From positions 2,720,001 through 2,784,000 of the forward strand of contig OZ252244.1 of assembly GCA_965249575.1 (NCBI GenBank): a stretch of 64,000 nt of DNA, given 5' to 3'. Source of the stretch: Gemmatimonadales bacterium (GTDB taxonomy: Bacteria > Gemmatimonadota > Gemmatimonadetes > Gemmatimonadales > GWC2-71-9). Of this stretch, positions 59,301 to 64,000 are shown piece after piece. The position numbers and the translations under genes were made by a program. The notes beneath the pieces were generated by a model, which made no database searches, was not told the origin of the DNA, and saw only the letters and a list, made by a program, of their open reading frames with translations. Numbering within the stretch: position 1 is the first letter of the stretch; the number at the start of each line of letters is the position of its first letter.

Positions 59301-62300
59301 GTGATCACGCTTCGACTGCTGGGTGGAATCGAGATGCAGAACGGCGCCGCAGAGGAGCCGGGGGTCGCGGCGCTGTTACCGCGCCCCAAGCGGGTTGCCC
59401 TCCTGGCCTACCTGGCCGCGGCGCGTCCCCACGGCTTCCACCGGCGAGACAAGCTGCACGGGCTGTTCTGGCAGGAGGCGACGCAGGACCGCGCCCGGCG
59501 GGCCCTCAACCAGGCGCTCTTCGTTTTGCGAGAGGGACTGGGCAGAGATGCCATCGTGACCCGCGGCGACGCGGAGGTGGCGCTGAACGAGGAACGGTTC
59601 ACGGTGGACGTGCGGGCTTTCGGGGAGGCGGTGGACTCGGCTGACCACGAGCGTGCCGTCCAGTGGTATCGAGGGGACTTTCTCGAGGCGTTCTTCATCT
59701 CGGAGGCGCCAGAGTTCGAGTGGTGGGTAGACCAGGAGCGAAGCACGCTCCGCCAGCGCGCGATCGCGTCGGCGTTCGCGCTGGTCGAGGCGCTGGACGG
59801 TCAGGGGAGATACCTGGAGGCCGTGGACCGCGCACGCTGGGCGACGGCGATGGCTCCGTTGGACGAGGTCGTGCTCAGGCGGCTGCTCGAGCTGCTGGAC
59901 GCCCATGGCGATCGCGCGACCGCGCGCAGGGAGTACGACCGTTTCGCTCGCCGGCTCGCCGAGGACGCTGGCCACGAGCCGTCGCCCGAGACCCAGGCGA
60001 TGATGGATCGAATCAATGCACGGCGTGCTCCCAGGGCCGGGGATGCACCCGTTGAACCTGTCCAGAAGACGGAGGTCACCCCGGTTGCGGACGTGGCGGA
60101 TGACGGTTTATCGCCGAGGCAGCTGCTCGAGCGAACGCTCGCCGGGCGGTACGAGATCGGCCGGGCCATCGGGATGGGCGGTATGTCGCTCGTGTTCCTC
60201 GCGCAGGACTTGACTCAACCCCGCAAGGTCGCGGTCAAGGTGCTGCGGCCGCATCTCCTGAGCACGATCGGCGTCGAGCGATTCCTCCAGGAGATTCGGA
60301 TCGCGGCAGCGCTGCAACATCCCAACATCGTGCCGCTCTACGAGTCCGGCAGGGCGGGCAGACTGCCGTACTACGTCATGCCGTTCGTTGAGGGTGAGTC
60401 GCTCGAAGCGCGGCTCACGCGCAAAACGCAGCTTGCTGTCGACGAGGCGATCGGCATCGCGCGCGAGGTGGCCAGCGCGCTCGGTACGGCGCACAGCCAT
60501 GGGGTAGTCCACCGCGACATCAAGCCCGGCAACATCCTGCTCGAGGCGGGCCACGCGGTGGTCAGCGATTTTGGTATCGCACGTGCCGTCACGGAGGCGG
60601 GCGGCGTGAGGCTCACCGAAACGGGCGTGCGGTTGGGAACTCCCGGCTACATGAGCCCCGAGCAGATCGACGAGTCACGAGTCGACGGTCGCAGCGACAT
60701 ATACGGCCTTGCGTGCGTGCTGTACGAGATGCTTGCGGGGGAGGCGCCGTTCACCGGCCCGACGGCGCAGTCGATCTACGCGAAGCAGTTGACCCTGCCG
60801 CCCCCATCCGTTCTCACTGTGCGCAAGACGGTGCCGCCCGGCGTCGACAAGGTCATCCGGCACGCGTTGGCTACCGTGCCCGCCGACCGATACGCGACGG
60901 CGGCGGAGTTTGATGCTGCTCTACACGCCGCCTCGTTGGAGCCGCCGCTGCCCCTCCCACCTCCGCGCCGGGTGGGGCACCTGGCTCCGTCGCTTGTGAT
61001 GGCAGCTGGTGCCGCAGTCGTATTCTTCAGTCGGGAGAAGCCGCCACCTGACCCGCTGCACTACGCGATTCTGCCCTTCCAGTACGAGGGGAGCGCAGGT
61101 GCGCCGCTCAACGAGCTTCAGCGCCTGCACGATGCGCTTTCCCGCTGGGAGGGGTTCAGTATTGCCGACCCCTTCGATGTCCGCGAGGCCCTAGCTGACG
61201 ACGGTGGCGCATCCTTGACGCGGACTGCCGCGACCCGATTGGCGCGCGGACGCGGAGCCGGACGGTACGTCAGGGGGGCGGTGTCACCGTTAGGTGGTTC
61301 GCTCCGAGTGCATGGCGCTCTCTACGATGCAGTAGAGGACGGCACCCTCGTAGCGAACTATGCAGTACGGATTCCCCGAGATCTTGAGGGAGCAGATTCG
61401 CTGTTCGCGAAATTGGCCGATCACCTGCTGTTCCCCTCGCTTCCTGAGGGGGAGCCGGCGCTGTCGGGGACGCGATCGTTTCCCGCTCGGCGGGCGTTCG
61501 ATCGGGGGCAAGACGCGCTCGAAGTTTGGGATCTCGATCGGGCAGACTCTGCCTTCTCTGCAGCGACTGCCGTGGATCCGGATTATGCCCAAGCCCACTT
61601 GTGGATTGCTTTGGCGCGGGCGTGGAGGGGCGCCGAGCGGGCGAGCTGGCGCATTGACGCCGAGCAGGCTGCTCTGGGGAAGGAAAGTCTGTCCGACCAG
61701 GATAGGGTCACAGCCGACGCCATTCTGGCCGAGGCTCGCGATGACCTCGGTCAGGCCTGCCCGCTTTGGCAGCGCCATGCTGGAGGAGACCCACGCGACT
61801 TCGCTGCCTGGTACGGCCTGGCCCAGTGTCTGAGAGGTGATGACGCCGTTGTGCGCGACACCGCGAGCCCATCAGGCTGGCGGTTCCGCACCAGCTATCA
61901 CCGGGCGCTCCTGGCGTACCAGCGGGCCTTCGAGCTGCGGCCCTCCATTCTCGTCTCCTTCCGGCGAGGTTCGTACGAGTCGTTACGTCAGCTTTTCAGA
62001 GCGGGCGGGAACGAGCGCCGGGCCGGCCGTGGGCTTTCCCCCGACACCACGGGTTTCAGCGCGGATCCGCACTGGCAGGCGGATACGATCGCATGGATCC
62101 CGTATCCGCAAAACGCACCACGGCCGCGACGTGCGGCGAGCCCCGAGGAAGCGGTGCGACACCTGCGGAAGATGCTCCGGGAAGTTGCGGTTGCGTGGGT
62201 CGCGTTCACGCCCGCAAGCGGGGACGCGATGGAAGCGCTCGCAGTCTCTATGGCGTTGCTGGCGGACCCATCGGCGCTCCTCATACACTCGGCCCTTGGG

Positions 62301-62468
62301 GGGCCTGAAGACAGCCTCGCCCTACTTGAGCGGCGGGTCCGGATAGGAATCGAGGAGACCTTGCGGCGTGGCATCCGGTGCACACCATCTATCTCGATCG
62401 GCGCATGGGCTCCACGCTCGCGTGCAGCGATGACGAGTTCCGGCGCCAGCAGGTGGAACAACTCGTAG
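59301..62468 (+). CDS. wHTH-BTAD (SARP) / Ser/Thr kinase / TM / TPR fusion; C-terminus broken near 62365
   Basis: LRLLGG..ALLAYL..RDKL..LFW..ARRALNQAL; YRGDFL..WVDQER; GMGGMSLV, HRDIKPGN, DFG, YMSPEQ; TPR-like tail. Confidence 0.88.
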   Translation: MITLRLLGGIEMQNGAAEEPGVAALLPRPKRVALLAYLAAARPHGFHRRDKLHGLFWQEATQDRARRALNQALFVLREGLGRDAIVTRGDAEVALNEERFTVDVRAFGEAVDSADHERAVQWYRGDFLEAFFISEAPEFEWWVDQERSTLRQRAIASAFALVEALDGQGRYLEAVDRARWATAMAPLDEVVLRRLLELLDAHGDRATARREYDRFARRLAEDAGHEPSPETQAMMDRINARRAPRAGDAPVEPVQKTEVTPVADVADDGLSPRQLLERTLAGRYEIGRAIGMGGMSLVFLAQDLTQPRKVAVKVLRPHLLSTIGVERFLQEIRIAAALQHPNIVPLYESGRAGRLPYYVMPFVEGESLEARLTRKTQLAVDEAIGIAREVASALGTAHSHGVVHRDIKPGNILLEAGHAVVSDFGIARAVTEAGGVRLTETGVRLGTPGYMSPEQIDESRVDGRSDIYGLACVLYEMLAGEAPFTGPTAQSIYAKQLTLPPPSVLTVRKTVPPGVDKVIRHALATVPADRYATAAEFDAALHAASLEPPLPLPPPRRVGHLAPSLVMAAGAAVVFFSREKPPPDPLHYAILPFQYEGSAGAPLNELQRLHDALSRWEGFSIADPFDVREALADDGGASLTRTAATRLARGRGAGRYVRGAVSPLGGSLRVHGALYDAVEDGTLVANYAVRIPRDLEGADSLFAKLADHLLFPSLPEGEPALSGTRSFPARRAFDRGQDALEVWDLDRADSAFSAATAVDPDYAQAHLWIALARAWRGAERASWRIDAEQAALGKESLSDQDRVTADAILAEARDDLGQACPLWQRHAGGDPRDFAAWYGLAQCLRGDDAVVRDTASPSGWRFRTSYHRALLAYQRAFELRPSILVSFRRGSYESLRQLFRAGGNERRAGRGLSPDTTGFSADPHWQADTIAWIPYPQNAPRPRRAASPEEAVRHLRKMLREVAVAWVAFTPASGDAMEALAVSMALLADPSALLIHSALGGPEDSLALLERRVRIGIEETLRRGIRCTPSISIGAWAPRSRAAMTSSGASRWNNS

Positions 62469-64000
62469 GTCCAAGAGCGTCGGACGCTCTGTTCCCGGCC
62501 AGAGCACCCATACAAGAGCCAATCGTGCCGGGTCCCGAAGGACGATATCCCGCCTTCGACCCTTCCCCTCTGCCGCCACCTGTGCTTGATGAAAGTGGAG
62601 GCGTCGCTCGAACGTCAGGCAGCATGGATGGTGACGAGCGCCCCTCCGATGGGGCGGGCTTTCTCTGTGACGGCGGCGGGGACCGGAGTAACAACTGGGC
62701 GGTGGCGCCCACTAAGACTGCCAGCGGACATGCTCTGCTTGCCGGCGATCCGCATCTCGGCCTATCACTGCCGTCCATCTGGTACGAGGCCCACTTGTCC
62801 GTACCGGGAGCGATGGACGTCTACGGTGTGACCATCCCAGGTGTCCCGGCCATCGTGATCGGATTCAATCGACAGATTGCGTGGACGTTCACCAACTCAC
62901 AGGCGGACGTCATGGACTACTATCGGGAGATCTTTGACGACTTCGAGCGGCCTACCAGGTATCGCTTGGACGGTGAGTGGCGGCCACTGGATGTCCGGAT
63001 CGAGGAGTTTCGTGGGCGCGACGGCGGGGTTCTGGCAGTGGACACCATCTACCACACGCACCGCGGGCCGGTCGTGTGGGAGGATGGGCAGCCATACTCC
63101 GTCCGCTGGACGGTGCTCGAGGCCTCTCACAACTCGCTGCGCTTCGAGCGCGCCTCGCGCGCCCCATCGGCCGATGCGTGGCTCGAAGCGATGCGGCATC
63201 TCGAGGCCCCGGCTCAGAACGGCCTCGTCGGGGATGTGGATGGCACCATCGCCATTCACACACCGGCCTGGTTCCCGCACAGGTCGGGGGACGGCCGCGG
63301 TGACAGGATCCACGATGGCAGTGTGAGTGCCAGTGACTGGATCGGGCGCTGGTCACCAGAACGCGTACCGTTCGCGCGCGATCCCGAACAACGATTCATC
63401 GCCTCGGCCAATCAGCAGCCGATCGATCCGGCGGTCGACCCGACGTACCTGGGCGCTAACTGGTATCCGCCGTGGCGTGCCATGCGGATCAACGAGCTAC
63501 TTCGCGGGGACAGCGCGGTCACGCCAGATGCGATGCGTCGATATCAAACGGATCCTAGAACGCCCCGGGCCGACCTGTTCGTCCCGTTTTTCGTCGAAGC
63601 CGCACGACGGATGGCAAGCGCCGGAGAGGGAGATTCGGTGCTGGTGGCCGCAGCATCGATGCTGGAGCGCTGGGACCGGCAGTACACCCCGGACAATCGA
63701 TACGCGGTGCTGTTCGAAACGGCGGTGGAGATTCTGGAGGGACGGGTGTGGGACGAGCTAGCGGATTCCACCGGCAAAGGGCCGGTTTGGATACCCAGAG
63801 AATCGGTGTTGTGGCGGCTGCTGCAGGATCCCGGGAGCCCCTGGTGGGACGTGCACACTACCGATTTGGTTGAGAACCGTGACGGCGTCGTGGCCGCCAG
63901 TCTTCGTGGGGCGTACGAGCGGCTGATCGAGGCTCACGGTCCTGCGGGCAGCGAAGCGTGGCAATGGGGTCGCGTCGATCCAATGAAGATTTACCACTTG
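62366..64000 (+). CDS. Penicillin acylase (S45) family, 5'-truncated and running off the window
   Basis: Open frame absent from the ORF track: WHPVHTIYL..SNNWAVAPTKTASGHALLAGDPHLGLSLPSIWYE..THRGP..ASANQ. Confidence 0.85.

Noticed and set aside
1..64000. CRISPR array, cas genes, reverse transcriptase/DGR/retron, rRNA, IS transposase
   Set aside because: No regularly spaced repeat-spacer array and no recognisable motifs found by eye

Overview
GC-rich bacterial sequence, probably from Gemmatimonadota. This is inferred from the many Hanks-type Ser/Thr kinases of the GEGGMATVYLAEDLKH type, the TIGR03545/03546 pair, a bacilliredoxin and a PEP-CTERM protein. (1) 1-3.1 kb: end of a prophage (terminase large and small subunits) bounded by a displaced tRNA-Thr-like 3' fragment that looks like an att site. 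(2) 4-33 kb: mostly ordinary genes (DAHP synthase, KamA-like radical SAM, MFS, citrate synthase, M14 peptidase, kinase and others), several with single frameshifts. (3) 33-37 kb: tyrosine-integrase element beside tRNA-Pro(GGG), with an FRG gene on the other side. (4) 39-59 kb: mosaic of intact accessory genes and many gene fragments. (5) 59-64 kb: wHTH-BTAD-kinase fusion and a truncated penicillin-acylase-family gene. Best leads: a zinc-finger/photoactive-yellow-protein fusion (21.2 kb); a SARP-kinase fusion with a canonical heptamer-repeat promoter driving a divergent lipoprotein (59.2 kb); a Trp/Tyr leader-peptide attenuator on the DAHP synthase gene (4.0 kb); an orphan 59-bp attC site carrying the stop codon of a serine-hydrolase cassette (55.4 kb); and the two tRNA-linked att structures. 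Family calls are by eye from motifs; no searches were run. Many abrupt junctions and indels may be assembly artefacts.
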